64,000 bases of DNA from an uncultured delta proteobacterium (GTDB lineage: Bacteria; Desulfobacterota; Desulfobacteria; Desulfobacterales; QNYZ01), in the NCBI GenBank assembly GCA_963845145.1, contig CAWJQU010000002.1, positions 416,001 to 480,000 of the forward strand, written 5' to 3'. A program made the position numbers and the translations under genes. Shown here piece after piece: positions 49,183 to 58,935 of this stretch. The notes under the pieces were generated by a model. That model ran no database searches, was not told the origin of the DNA, and saw only the letters and a program-made list of their open reading frames with translations. The first letter of the stretch is position 1; every line of letters starts with the position of its first letter.

Positions 49183-49920
49183 ATGACACCACACCCGAGG
49201 ACGAAAAAAAATACCCGCACCGGGTTGGAATGGCCGCCCCTTTTAAAAGGTATCTTGATCAAACGCTACAAACGTTTTTTGGCGGATATCGCCTTACCGG
49301 CCGGCGAGGTGGTAACCGCTCACTGCCCAGATTCCGGAAGGATGACCGCATGCAGTCAACCCGGCCGACCGGCTTATATCTCCCGGGCAGATAACCCTAA
49401 ACGCAAATTGAAATATACCTGGGAATTGATTGAAATGCCCGATTCACTTGTAGGGGTCAACACGCTGGTTCCCAACCGCTTGACAGCCCACGCCATTCTG
49501 GCCGGCCAGGTGAAGGCATTGTCGGGATATACGCAGTTGAAACGGGAGGTAAAGGTGGGCGATCATTCTCGAATCGACATTTGTCTCACCGCCGACCGGA
49601 AAAAAACATGCTACGTAGAGGTAAAAAACTGCACGCTGGTAAAAGACGGGCGAGCCTGTTTCCCCGATGCGGTCACCGCCCGTGGATTGAAACATTTAAA
49701 TGAACTGCAACAATTAGTCAGAGATGGCCACCGAGGCGTGATGTTCTATCTCATCCAGCGAATGGACGCACAAACCTTTTCCCCGGCCGATCACATTGAT
49801 CCCAAATATGGACAAGGCCTGCGCACGGCAGTTAAAAATGGTGTTGAAATTCTGGTCTACGATGTGACCCTTGATTTGACCCGGATTTGTCTGAATCGAG
49901 AAATCCCCATTGTGTTGTAG
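49183..49920 (+). CDS. sfsA: SfsA DNA/RNA nuclease (sugar fermentation stimulation protein)
   Basis: RYKRFLAD, HCPDSGRM, SRID, YVEVK, FPDAVTARGLKHL. Confidence 0.93.
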   Translation: MTPHPRTKKNTRTGLEWPPLLKGILIKRYKRFLADIALPAGEVVTAHCPDSGRMTACSQPGRPAYISRADNPKRKLKYTWELIEMPDSLVGVNTLVPNRLTAHAILAGQVKALSGYTQLKREVKVGDHSRIDICLTADRKKTCYVEVKNCTLVKDGRACFPDAVTARGLKHLNELQQLVRDGHRGVMFYLIQRMDAQTFSPADHIDPKYGQGLRTAVKNGVEILVYDVTLDLTRICLNREIPIVL

Positions 49921-49957
49921 CGGCTTCTGAACACTATCCTTTTTAGATAGACCTCCG

Positions 49958-49982
49958 GTTACAAATTGTTACAAATTGTTAC
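49958..49982. repeat. 2.5 x 10-bp direct repeat GTTACAAATT
   Basis: gttacaaatt-gttacaaatt-gttac, intergenic. Confidence 0.8.
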
Positions 49983-50217
49983 CTTGGGGAAAAGCATCCC
50001 ACCGAAGACCCTGCTATCCAAGTCCAGGATTCTCAAAAACAAGGCTAAAATTCGCAAGAACGCCAAGGATGGCATGGCTTCCCAAAAGGCGTGATCTTGC
50101 GATATGGATACCCATCAGGATAAGGCCGAATCGTTCCGGCATGGCGAATGACAATCATAGTTGACTTCCATCGGCTTGCAATAATGCTTAGGAGTTCTTA
50201 TATTTTTTATTTCTAAA

Positions 50218-50235
50218 ATTTAGTTGAATCTAAAT
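50218..50235. promoter_or_regulatory. Candidate MarR operator
   Basis: ATTTAG-TTGAAT-CTAAAT palindrome 33 nt upstream of the marR-family ATG. Confidence 0.5.
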
Positions 50236-50268
50236 ATTAATCCAACAGACCACACGGGAAACAAGCCG

Positions 50269-50778
50269 ATGACCCAAAAGAATAAGCTGGATCAGGCCCA
50301 TTATATTTTTACAGCGGGAAAATTAATACACGATAAAATTTATCAGGCCGGAGCCCGATACTTATATGAGAAAAATGAGCCGGACGAGGTTGCGGAGCTT
50401 TCTTTGCCTCAAAAAAATATGATTATGACCATCCGTAAACGAAAAACCGTGACCATGACCGATCTGGCCAATCAACTGGGTGTATCCCCACCATCGGCCT
50501 CGGCGATGGTGGACCGCCTCGTGGAAAAAAAAATACTTGCCCGGGAGCATAGTGTCGAAGATCGCCGCAAAGTCATGGTCCGAATATCGAGTGAGGCGAT
50601 GTCGATGATGGACGGCATTGAAGAGAATATGCTCGGTTTTTTTGTCGACCTGGTTGAAAAAATCGGGCCTGAAACAACGAAACAATGGTGCCAGGTGCTT
50701 GAACAGGTCGAATCAGTGCTTGAAACGCAATCAACCAAACCGTCGCCATATAAAAAAACACGGCCAAAAAGAGGATGA
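50269..50778 (+). CDS. MarR-family transcriptional regulator
   Basis: TMTDLANQLGVSPPSASAMVDRLVEK...DRR; overlaps the MFP gene start. Confidence 0.92.
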   Translation: MTQKNKLDQAHYIFTAGKLIHDKIYQAGARYLYEKNEPDEVAELSLPQKNMIMTIRKRKTVTMTDLANQLGVSPPSASAMVDRLVEKKILAREHSVEDRRKVMVRISSEAMSMMDGIEENMLGFFVDLVEKIGPETTKQWCQVLEQVESVLETQSTKPSPYKKTRPKRG

Positions 50779-52154
50779 ACGCCATGGACCCAAAAGAAAA
50801 TCCAAAAAGTCCCAAACCGTTTACGAATATACTATTTCGGATCGGGGTCTGCATCGGAATACTATTTATTGGTGTCATCGGGATGTCCCAACTGGCCAGT
50901 CTGAAAAAGCCGCCGGCCGAGTCGATGGTCGCCGAACGCCGTCTACGGGTGGAAACCCTGGACGTCCGGGCCGAGAAGGTGCCGGTACAGATTACCGGCT
51001 ACGGTGAAGTCCGGGTGCTCAACGAGGTGATGATAGCCTCGGAGGTAGCCGGTAAAATCGTGACAGTGCATCCCTCTCTGGAGGTAGGCGAAATCATTCC
51101 CGCCGACGAAACGCTCTTTGAAATTGATGATATCAATTACCAAGCCTCCCTGAAAGAGGCCGATGCCGCCGTGGCCCAATGGGAAACCACGATTCAGCGG
51201 CTAAAAAAACAGGCCGCCATCGATGAGAAACGCCTTAAGACGCTTGAGCGCAACCGGGACCTTTCCCGAGGGGAGTTTGAAAGAATTCGCAGCCTGTTTG
51301 ATGTAGACAAGGTGGGAACCCGCTCTGGTGTTGAACGGGCCGAACAAGCCTACAACGCCACCGTTGACCAAGCCGACCAGATGGCTCAGGCCGTAACGCT
51401 ATACCCGATGCGAACACGCGAAGCACAAAGCAGCCTCGCTGCAGCCAAAGCAAGGCAGACCTTCGCCCAAGCCAATCTTAAGCGTTGCCGTGTGAAGGCT
51501 CCTTTCGAAGGCCGCATTAAATCCGTCACAATTGAAAAGGGACAATACGTGACACCGGGACAACCGCTCATGACCTTGGCTGACGATTCAACGTTAGAGA
51601 TTAACGTACCACTGGATAGCAGGGATGCCCGCCGCTGGCTCCGTTTTGACCGCAACAACGCCACCGGCAAGTCTGCCTGGTTTGCCGGATTGGAAGATTT
51701 ACCCTGCACGATTCATTGGACGGAGGATATCGATGAACATTTCTGGAAGGGACAGCTCAATCGAGTCGTCAATTTTGATTCCAGGACCCGGACGCTCACC
51801 GTGGCGATTCGTGTGGATGGGCAATCCGCGCAAAAAGGTGAGGCCACGGGGTTACCGATAGTGGAAGGCATGTTTTGCGAGGTGCGAATTCCCGGTAAAA
51901 TTTTGAACGATGTTTTCCGGCTCCCCAGAGGGGCCGTCAGTTTTGATAATACGGTCTTTGTCTCCGTGGACAACCGCCTGAAAACCGTTGTCGTAGAGGT
52001 GGCTCGTAAGGATGAGGATTACGCGTATGTATCCGCGGGGCTACGGGAGGGAGACAAGGTCATCACGACCCGGTTGATCGATCCGATAGAAAACGCTCTG
52101 CTGGAGATATCCCCTTCGACTGAAAAGCAAAATCAAAAGGAGAAGACGTCATGA
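50775..52154 (+). CDS. RND efflux periplasmic adaptor (MFP)
   Basis: N-terminal TM, IASEVAGKI, long hairpin, VKAPFEGRI, GLREGDKV. Confidence 0.92.
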   Translation: MNAMDPKENPKSPKPFTNILFRIGVCIGILFIGVIGMSQLASLKKPPAESMVAERRLRVETLDVRAEKVPVQITGYGEVRVLNEVMIASEVAGKIVTVHPSLEVGEIIPADETLFEIDDINYQASLKEADAAVAQWETTIQRLKKQAAIDEKRLKTLERNRDLSRGEFERIRSLFDVDKVGTRSGVERAEQAYNATVDQADQMAQAVTLYPMRTREAQSSLAAAKARQTFAQANLKRCRVKAPFEGRIKSVTIEKGQYVTPGQPLMTLADDSTLEINVPLDSRDARRWLRFDRNNATGKSAWFAGLEDLPCTIHWTEDIDEHFWKGQLNRVVNFDSRTRTLTVAIRVDGQSAQKGEATGLPIVEGMFCEVRIPGKILNDVFRLPRGAVSFDNTVFVSVDNRLKTVVVEVARKDEDYAYVSAGLREGDKVITTRLIDPIENALLEISPSTEKQNQKEKTS

Positions 52155-55100
52155 GACGGGTAATGGCGTCATTTGCCCGCAACACGGTCTTTGCCAATAT
52201 CGTCCTGGCCTTGCTGTTTTTGGCAGGTGGTATTGCCGTCAACAATATGATCAAAGAGAATTTTCCCGAATTTTCGCTGGATATGATCACGGTCTCGGTA
52301 CCTTACCCCGGCGCCGACCCCGAGGAGGTCGAGGAAGGGATCAGTCGAAAAATCGAAGAGGTGATTGAAGAGATCGAAGGAATCAAACAATATACGACCC
52401 AATCCGGAGAAAACCTGGGGACAACGCTCATCGAAGTTAAAGAAAACTATGATGTCGACACGGTCCTTGACAAGGTCCGCACCAAGATCAACGCTATCTC
52501 TACTTTTCCAACGGACGCTGAAAGACCGGTGATCGCCGAACTCGTTTTAAAAGACCCGGTTGTGCTGTTATATCTATCCGGTAATATGTCCGAACGCAGA
52601 ATCAAGGAATGGGCGGAGAAAGTCAAAGATCAGATCCAACAGCTTCCCGAAGTGTCGCAGGTGGGTATTTTCGGCGCCCGTCAGTACGAAATCGGCATCG
52701 AGGTTTCCGAGGAACGGTTGCGCGAGTATGGCCTGACGTTTGACATGGTGGCGGCAGCGGTGCGCCGCAGCAACCTCAATCTCGCCGGGGGTACAATTCG
52801 GGGAGAGGGCGAAGAGATTCGAATTCGCACGATGGGCCGCAGGTACACGGGAGCCGAACTGGCCGATATCGTGGTCCTCGCCCGCCCCGAAGGCGAAATC
52901 ATCACCCTGGACCGCCTGGCCAACATCAAGGATGGGTTTACCGAAGATCCGATTCAGGCAACCATTAATGGTCAACCTGCCGTGTTGATTAACGTGGCCA
53001 AAACCAAAGAAGAAGACGCCCTGGCCATCTCCCGGGCGGTGGAAGCGTACATTGCCGACCAACAAGTGCATTTTCCAAAGGGGGTCAACCTGAACATCCT
53101 CTATGACAATACGGAAATGCTTCGGGCACGCATCAATCTATTGGTTAAAAACGGTATCATCGGCCTTTCAATCGTTTTTTTGCTTTTGTGGACCTTTTTA
53201 AACGCACGCCTGTCGTTTTGGAGCGGAATGGGCATCCCTGTCTCCATCGCCGGTGCGCTGGCTGTTTTATGGGCCATCGGCGGTACGATTAACCTGATTT
53301 CCCTCTTCGGCTTGATCATGGTTTTAGGAATTGTGGTGGACGATGCCATTGTGGTGGGCGAAGCCATCTTCACCCATCGCAAACTCGGCAAACCACCTAT
53401 CCGCGCAGCAGTCGACGGCGTCAGCGAAGTCGGCATGCCGGTGGTGGCGGCCGTCATTACGACGATTGTGGCATTTGTTCCCCTTTTTTATATCGGCGGC
53501 ATCATGGGCAAATTCATCTCCATCCTGCCGGTTGTGGTCATCGCCTGTCTGGCCATTTCACTGGTGGAATGCTTGTTTCTCCTGCCGGCCCACCTGAGCC
53601 ATTTGCCGGACCCCAACGTTATTGAAGGGAATACAAACCCACTGTCCCGTCGTCTGGATAAATTACACCGATTGACAGCTTCGGGCATGGAGTGGTTCGT
53701 CGAACGCGTGTATACCCCATTCTTAAGCTGGGCGCTTTACTGGCGCTACATCTCGTTTTGCACTGCCATTGCTGTTTTACTGTTAACTTTCGGACTTGTG
53801 CAAAGCGGCATCGTCAAATTCGAGGTATTCCCGGAAATCGATGGATTTGTCGTAACCGCCCATATTGAATTTCCCAATGGGACCCCACCGGATATCACGG
53901 CTGATACCATCGCCAAAGTCGACGCCGCGTTACAGCGACTGGCCGACCAAACCAAAACTTTGTCCGGTGACCCCCTGATCGAAAACCGGATTACCCTGGT
54001 GGGGCAAACCTTGGAGGATATACCTAAAAGTGGGCCCAATATGGGATCGGTACAAGCCATTTTATTGCGATCCGAAAAGCGGGGCGTCCATACGAAAGAC
54101 CTGATGGTGGCCTGGGAAAAGGAGATCGGCGCCATCCCCGGCATCAAATCACTGACCTTTACCGGCCTCCAAATGGGCCCGCCGGGTGACCCCATCGAAG
54201 TATGGCTGCAGGGTAGTGACATGGACGATATTCTGGCCGCATCCGAAGCCCTCAAGGCACGGCTGGCGCGGTTTACGGGCGTTTATCAAATTCGGTCCGA
54301 CTTTGCCCCGGGTAAATATGAAATGCGGCTTCAACTAAAACCCGAAGCGAGCACCCTGGGACTGACCGTCGAAGATCTGGCACGCCAGGTTTATGCCGGC
54401 TATTATGGCGATGAAGCCATTCGGCTCCAGCGGGGCCGGGACGATGTTCGGGTGCGCGTAAGGTACACGGCCGGCGAACGCAATCAGATCGCCGACATTG
54501 AACAAATTAGAATCAGAACCAAGACGGGGCATCAGATTCCCCTTTTGTCGGTGGCCAACATCTCTTTTTCTCCAGGCTATGCCACCATTACCCGGACCAA
54601 TGGCATGCGCCGGGTATCGGTCAGCGCCGGCGTGGACACCGCCAAGGCCAATGCCGGCGAAATCTTTGCCGAACTGAGTTCTACTTTTTTCCCAAAAATA
54701 AAAAAGTCGTATCCAGGTATTCATGTGGAACTACAGGGCGAACAAAAGAAGATGCGCGAGTCGTTTGGCAGCCTCTATGTGGGTTTCCCCCTGGCCGTTG
54801 TCGGTATTTTTATTATTATCGCCACCATGTTCCGCTCCTACGCTCAGCCCTTTGTTATCCTGTTCACCGTCCCTTTCGGCATTATTGGCGCAGTATTGGG
54901 GCATTTGTTGATGGGATACAATCTGTCCATGATGAGTATTTTTGGCATGGTGGCCCTTACGGGGGTCGTGGTCAATGATGCTATCGTTTTAATCGAACGG
55001 GTTAACGAGAATATGGCCGAGGGGATGCGTTTTTTCGAAGCGATTCTCAAAGGTGGCGCCCGACGTTTTCGGGCCATTTTTCTGACCACGCTCAGTACCG

Positions 55101-55378
55101 TAGGTGGCCTGGCCCCCTTGATCATGGAGCAGGACCTGCAAGCCAAATTCCTTATCCCCATGGCCCTTTCCATCGCTGCAGGAGTGGCCTTCGCCACAGT
55201 GCTCACGTTGGTCCTTATCCCCAGTCTGATGGCCATTCTAAGCGACTTTCGCCTTATCACCCATCGCCTTCGAAAGGGATATTGGCCCAAACGTCTCGAT
55301 GTCGAACCAGCCCGTGATCGACACCAGGATCCTCTGGGACCGTTACCGGTTAAGCACAATGCGCAACCCGATCACTGA
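52151..55378 (+). CDS. RND efflux permease (AcrB family)
   Basis: 1075 aa; YPGADPEEVE, GIVVDDAIVVGE, GVVVNDAIV, RFRAIFLTT. Confidence 0.95.
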   Translation: MRRVMASFARNTVFANIVLALLFLAGGIAVNNMIKENFPEFSLDMITVSVPYPGADPEEVEEGISRKIEEVIEEIEGIKQYTTQSGENLGTTLIEVKENYDVDTVLDKVRTKINAISTFPTDAERPVIAELVLKDPVVLLYLSGNMSERRIKEWAEKVKDQIQQLPEVSQVGIFGARQYEIGIEVSEERLREYGLTFDMVAAAVRRSNLNLAGGTIRGEGEEIRIRTMGRRYTGAELADIVVLARPEGEIITLDRLANIKDGFTEDPIQATINGQPAVLINVAKTKEEDALAISRAVEAYIADQQVHFPKGVNLNILYDNTEMLRARINLLVKNGIIGLSIVFLLLWTFLNARLSFWSGMGIPVSIAGALAVLWAIGGTINLISLFGLIMVLGIVVDDAIVVGEAIFTHRKLGKPPIRAAVDGVSEVGMPVVAAVITTIVAFVPLFYIGGIMGKFISILPVVVIACLAISLVECLFLLPAHLSHLPDPNVIEGNTNPLSRRLDKLHRLTASGMEWFVERVYTPFLSWALYWRYISFCTAIAVLLLTFGLVQSGIVKFEVFPEIDGFVVTAHIEFPNGTPPDITADTIAKVDAALQRLADQTKTLSGDPLIENRITLVGQTLEDIPKSGPNMGSVQAILLRSEKRGVHTKDLMVAWEKEIGAIPGIKSLTFTGLQMGPPGDPIEVWLQGSDMDDILAASEALKARLARFTGVYQIRSDFAPGKYEMRLQLKPEASTLGLTVEDLARQVYAGYYGDEAIRLQRGRDDVRVRVRYTAGERNQIADIEQIRIRTKTGHQIPLLSVANISFSPGYATITRTNGMRRVSVSAGVDTAKANAGEIFAELSSTFFPKIKKSYPGIHVELQGEQKKMRESFGSLYVGFPLAVVGIFIIIATMFRSYAQPFVILFTVPFGIIGAVLGHLLMGYNLSMMSIFGMVALTGVVVNDAIVLIERVNENMAEGMRFFEAILKGGARRFRAIFLTTLSTVGGLAPLIMEQDLQAKFLIPMALSIAAGVAFATVLTLVLIPSLMAILSDFRLITHRLRKGYWPKRLDVEPARDRHQDPLGPLPVKHNAQPDH

Positions 55379-55415
55379 GACCCGTCTATTAACGCTGATG
55401 TTAACGGAGAACGAT

Positions 55416-56843
55416 ATGCCACTTTTAACCCGAAAACTCCATAAGTTTGCCATAAGCTGTTTCACGATCGTTTTGCTGGTTGTCTCTGCTGAAACAAACA
55501 GGGCTAAATCCGTTCGAGCAAACGAATTATCGACCGTTGATCACATTGACGTTCTGGACCTTGATACCGCCATTTCCATCGCCTTGGCGGGGAATCCCAC
55601 CATTGATGCGGCCAAAGCCCGTGTTCTTCAGGCAAAAGCACGTTTAAATCAGTCCCGCTCAACCTATTGGCCGCGAGTGGATGGCGCAGTATCCGGATCT
55701 CGCATCTCATTATCGGAACGCACCTTTGAGGAACGGCTGGCACAAGCCCGCTTTTTTAATCCAACCATCGAAATCAAGGACCCTGAAACGTATTACCGTG
55801 CCCGCCTTTCGGCCGTCTGGGTTCTTTTTGACGGATTTGAACGAAAATTTAAAAATGCATCCGCGCTTACCGGTCTAGCCCAAAGCGAAACGGCCCGGCT
55901 GGAAACCCGCCGGCTACTCCTTACATCGGTGGCGAGGACTTATTTTGCTGCTCAATTAGCCCTCGAAAATCTGGCCATTGCCCGCGCGGATGCCACCTTT
56001 AATCAACGCCTGCTGACCGAGGCCCAAGCCCGTCGCCGCAGCGGCACCGGCTCGCTAAGCGATGAGCTCAATTTTCAAGTGCGGGTCAATGCCGCCCTTG
56101 GTGAAGAGATAAAAGCCCAGGAGGCATATGCATCAACGAAGTTCGCCCTGGCAGCCATATTGGGAATCCCCACTGCCCGTTTTCCAGCCAAATTAACCTT
56201 GGCCCGTCTCGCCAGAGCGTCCGAGCAAGATATGCAGCCCCAAACACAACAACCGCTGATCGAATATGCGCTGAATCATCGCCCGGATCTTCGCCAAAGT
56301 GAATTCGAACTGACCCAGGCTGAACTGGCCGTCAAAATCGCCCGCTCCGGCTACTACCCCAAGATCAATTTCCTGGCAGCCATGGATGGCGAACGCCCTC
56401 AAGATACCGGCCTTGAAGAAGATGATTTTGGAAAAACGCTGGGCGTTGAATTGTCATATAACCTATTTTCGGGCGGCTTGACCCGTGCCGGTATCGATGA
56501 AGCCAAAGCCCGAATGGCCGAAAAAACCAAACAATTGGCCAATACCCGGATTCAAATCAATGCCGAGGTGCTATCTGCATTATCCAATCTAACAGCCGCC
56601 CAACGGCAATTGTCGCTTCAACGTGATAATGCCGAGCTCGTGAAAAGACAACGAATCCTGGTCGAAAAAGAATACCAGGCCGGTCAGGGGACGTTGGTAA
56701 GGCTCAATGAAGCCCAGCGCGATCTGACCGCCACCCAGGGCCGTCTGGCCCTTGCCCTGGCATCGGTCCACGACGCCTGGTTCAAACTTAATACAGAGAC
56801 AGGGAAAGTATTAGAGGCGTATCCGCTATTAAGCCCGGAATAA
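55416..56843 (+). CDS. TolC-family outer membrane protein
   Basis: GGAG RBS, signal peptide, WVLFDGF and YNLFSGG OEP repeats. Confidence 0.9.
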   Translation: MPLLTRKLHKFAISCFTIVLLVVSAETNRAKSVRANELSTVDHIDVLDLDTAISIALAGNPTIDAAKARVLQAKARLNQSRSTYWPRVDGAVSGSRISLSERTFEERLAQARFFNPTIEIKDPETYYRARLSAVWVLFDGFERKFKNASALTGLAQSETARLETRRLLLTSVARTYFAAQLALENLAIARADATFNQRLLTEAQARRRSGTGSLSDELNFQVRVNAALGEEIKAQEAYASTKFALAAILGIPTARFPAKLTLARLARASEQDMQPQTQQPLIEYALNHRPDLRQSEFELTQAELAVKIARSGYYPKINFLAAMDGERPQDTGLEEDDFGKTLGVELSYNLFSGGLTRAGIDEAKARMAEKTKQLANTRIQINAEVLSALSNLTAAQRQLSLQRDNAELVKRQRILVEKEYQAGQGTLVRLNEAQRDLTATQGRLALALASVHDAWFKLNTETGKVLEAYPLLSPE

Positions 56844-56948
56844 GAAACGATTGAATTCAGCCGCGCTTCCTTTGTAGCGGTCTTATTTAAAAAATAAAAG
56901 CTGGAAAAATATCAATTGATAAACAAAAATAAGGTTACATAAAACGTT

Positions 56949-57728
56949 ATGATAATCGCCCTATCACCTTCTAAAGGACAATCTTTCGATTGTCAGGTTC
57001 CGGTAGCAAACTACACGCAACCAAGTCTTTTGAATCATTCAAAACGGCTGATCCACGAATTAAGACCTTTGCAAATTCCAGCGCTCCAAAAACTCATGCA
57101 CATTAGCGAAAAAATAGCTGTTTTGAACGCAAAGCGATATCGAGATTTTTCAATCCCGTTCACCCGGAAAAACGCCAAACAAGCCTTGTTTGTTTTTCAA
57201 GGGGATGTGTACCGTCAAATCCCGGTCGACGCATATTCCGATTCAGATCTGGTCTTTGCTCAGACTCATTTACGAATTTTATCCGGTTTATACGGGGTAT
57301 TGCGACCGTTGGATTTGATACAGCCCTACCGGCTGGAAATGAAAACCAAACTTAAAACCGTTCGGGGGGACAACTTGTATCAATTTTGGGGAGAGCGTCT
57401 GACAAAAAGGCTTAATAAAGCGATGGAAAACCTAAAAAACCCGGTACTCATCAACCTGGCGAGCAAGGAGTATTTCAAAGCCATTCAACCAAAACGACTG
57501 AAAGGGCGTTTAATCACCACCCATTTTAAAGAGATAAAAGACGGAAAAGCGCGCATCATCGGAATTTACGCCAAGCGTGCCCGGGGGATGATGGCCCACT
57601 ACCTGATTAAAAATCGTGTGGAAACGCCCGAGCAGATCAAAAGATTCAATTCGGCAGGTTATCGGTTTTCAGAAAACGACTCGAACGCACACGATTGGAT
57701 ATTTGTCAGACCGCAGCCAACAAACTAA
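56949..57728 (+). CDS. yaaA: Peroxide stress protein YaaA (UPF0246)
   Basis: LSPSK, FQGDVY, ILSGLYGVLRPLD, YRLEM, INLASKEY, AKRARG. Confidence 0.94.
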   Translation: MIIALSPSKGQSFDCQVPVANYTQPSLLNHSKRLIHELRPLQIPALQKLMHISEKIAVLNAKRYRDFSIPFTRKNAKQALFVFQGDVYRQIPVDAYSDSDLVFAQTHLRILSGLYGVLRPLDLIQPYRLEMKTKLKTVRGDNLYQFWGERLTKRLNKAMENLKNPVLINLASKEYFKAIQPKRLKGRLITTHFKEIKDGKARIIGIYAKRARGMMAHYLIKNRVETPEQIKRFNSAGYRFSENDSNAHDWIFVRPQPTN

Positions 57729-57750
57729 TTTGCACAAAACCGGGAACAAG

Positions 57751-57810
57751 AAAGCTGGAAAAAGTGGGGGCCTGAATCGGGATTCCAGGTGTCGATACTT
57801 CCCAGCCTTT
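57751..57810 (-). terminator. Long hairpin between convergent yaaA and PEP-CTERM genes
   Basis: Outer arms AAAGCTGGAAAAAGT / ACTTCCCAGCCTTT and inner CCTGAATC / GATTCCAGG; T-rich after the stem on the minus strand. Confidence 0.45.
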
Positions 57811-57854
57811 GGAAGGTGATTCTACTTATTGATAAATAGCAAAGACTCTCGTTT

Positions 57855-58547
57855 TTAATATCCGTTTTTTTTTCGTTTACGCCCGGCAACGACCATACCG
57901 ACCAAACCGGTGCCGAGAAGCAACATAGTGGCCGGCTCGGGAACAGGGGTTGCAGCCGTCCCTCCAAGGGTCCCGGTGTCAATGGCAAAAGCGACCCGGG
58001 TAACAGTAAAATCATTGCCCCTACGCCCCCTGTGATTTGTTAAACCTTCTCCATCTCCATTTGCAGCAATATTGAGATTGCCCCAGCCCCACTCATCAAA
58101 AAGATCTACTTGGTGGGATGTAAATGTGTATGCATATTGAAAAGTTCTGCCATTCCGCCGATTTCCATTCCACATGAATGACTCTCCAAAACTTTCAACT
58201 ATGTTTTGCTCGCCATCCCAAGTAGAAAAAGTTATATCGATTTGTTCACCTCTTTTGTCTCTGGATAATAGATCGATATACAAAGTGACCGAGGCGTACT
58301 CTCCTTGTCCACCAATGGAATCCTGCGACAACCCCAAAGTTGAATTTGTCTCTATCGGATATTGAGATAATACAGGGTCATTAGGGTCACGGGTATTGTT
58401 AAACCATAAATCAAAACCAAAATCATAAGATTTACCTTCCCGAACCTTTTGACGGCCGGTGTATTCCTCATAAAAAGGTACGGCGGAAACACTACCCGCT
58501 GCCAGCAACAGTATCACAATACACAAAAGGCCGATTTCCCTTTTCAT
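57855..58547 (-). CDS. PEP-CTERM sorting domain protein
   Basis: Signal peptide MKREIGLL...VSA; C-terminus PVPEPATMLLLGTGLVGMVVAGRKRKK. Confidence 0.95.
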   Translation of the reverse strand: MKREIGLLCIVILLLAAGSVSAVPFYEEYTGRQKVREGKSYDFGFDLWFNNTRDPNDPVLSQYPIETNSTLGLSQDSIGGQGEYASVTLYIDLLSRDKRGEQIDITFSTWDGEQNIVESFGESFMWNGNRRNGRTFQYAYTFTSHQVDLFDEWGWGNLNIAANGDGEGLTNHRGRRGNDFTVTRVAFAIDTGTLGGTAATPVPEPATMLLLGTGLVGMVVAGRKRKKNGY

Positions 58548-58614
58548 CTCCCCCCCCATCTTTAGTGCAAGGAATTTATGATAGACACAAGATATAGTAT
58601 GATTCGGTATAGAA

Positions 58615-58630
58615 AGCAAGAGCCATACCA
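58615..58630 (-). promoter_or_regulatory. Sigma-54 promoter of the PEP-CTERM gene
   Basis: Minus strand TGGTATGGCTCTTGCT (GG-N10-GC), 68 nt upstream of the ATG. Confidence 0.75.
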
Positions 58631-58935
58631 TACCCATACACTTTTTTTTAAAAAAATAAATTGTGCCAACTAATTCTAAATCATACCACAGAGTTAAGGG
58701 TAAGTAAATGAAGCCATTTTAGTTCAAATTTCTAAAAACAGGCCATTACTTTTCTACGATTATGAAAAAAAAGTTATACTTTTAGGAAAGTTTTTCCAAA
58801 AAACCCAGATCTTTCGCCTGGGTGTTTTTCGTTTCGACAGCGAGAATTTCGAGTGCTTGGTCTGTGAGGGGCCGGCATTACAAACGGCCGTTGTACCCGA
58901 ATAGTATTTCGAAAACCGTTACCCGCTTGTACGTA

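Noticed and set aside
57751..57810. Hairpin as a riboswitch
   Set aside because: It lies between two 3' ends and shows no aptamer consensus I recognise; kept only as a possible terminator
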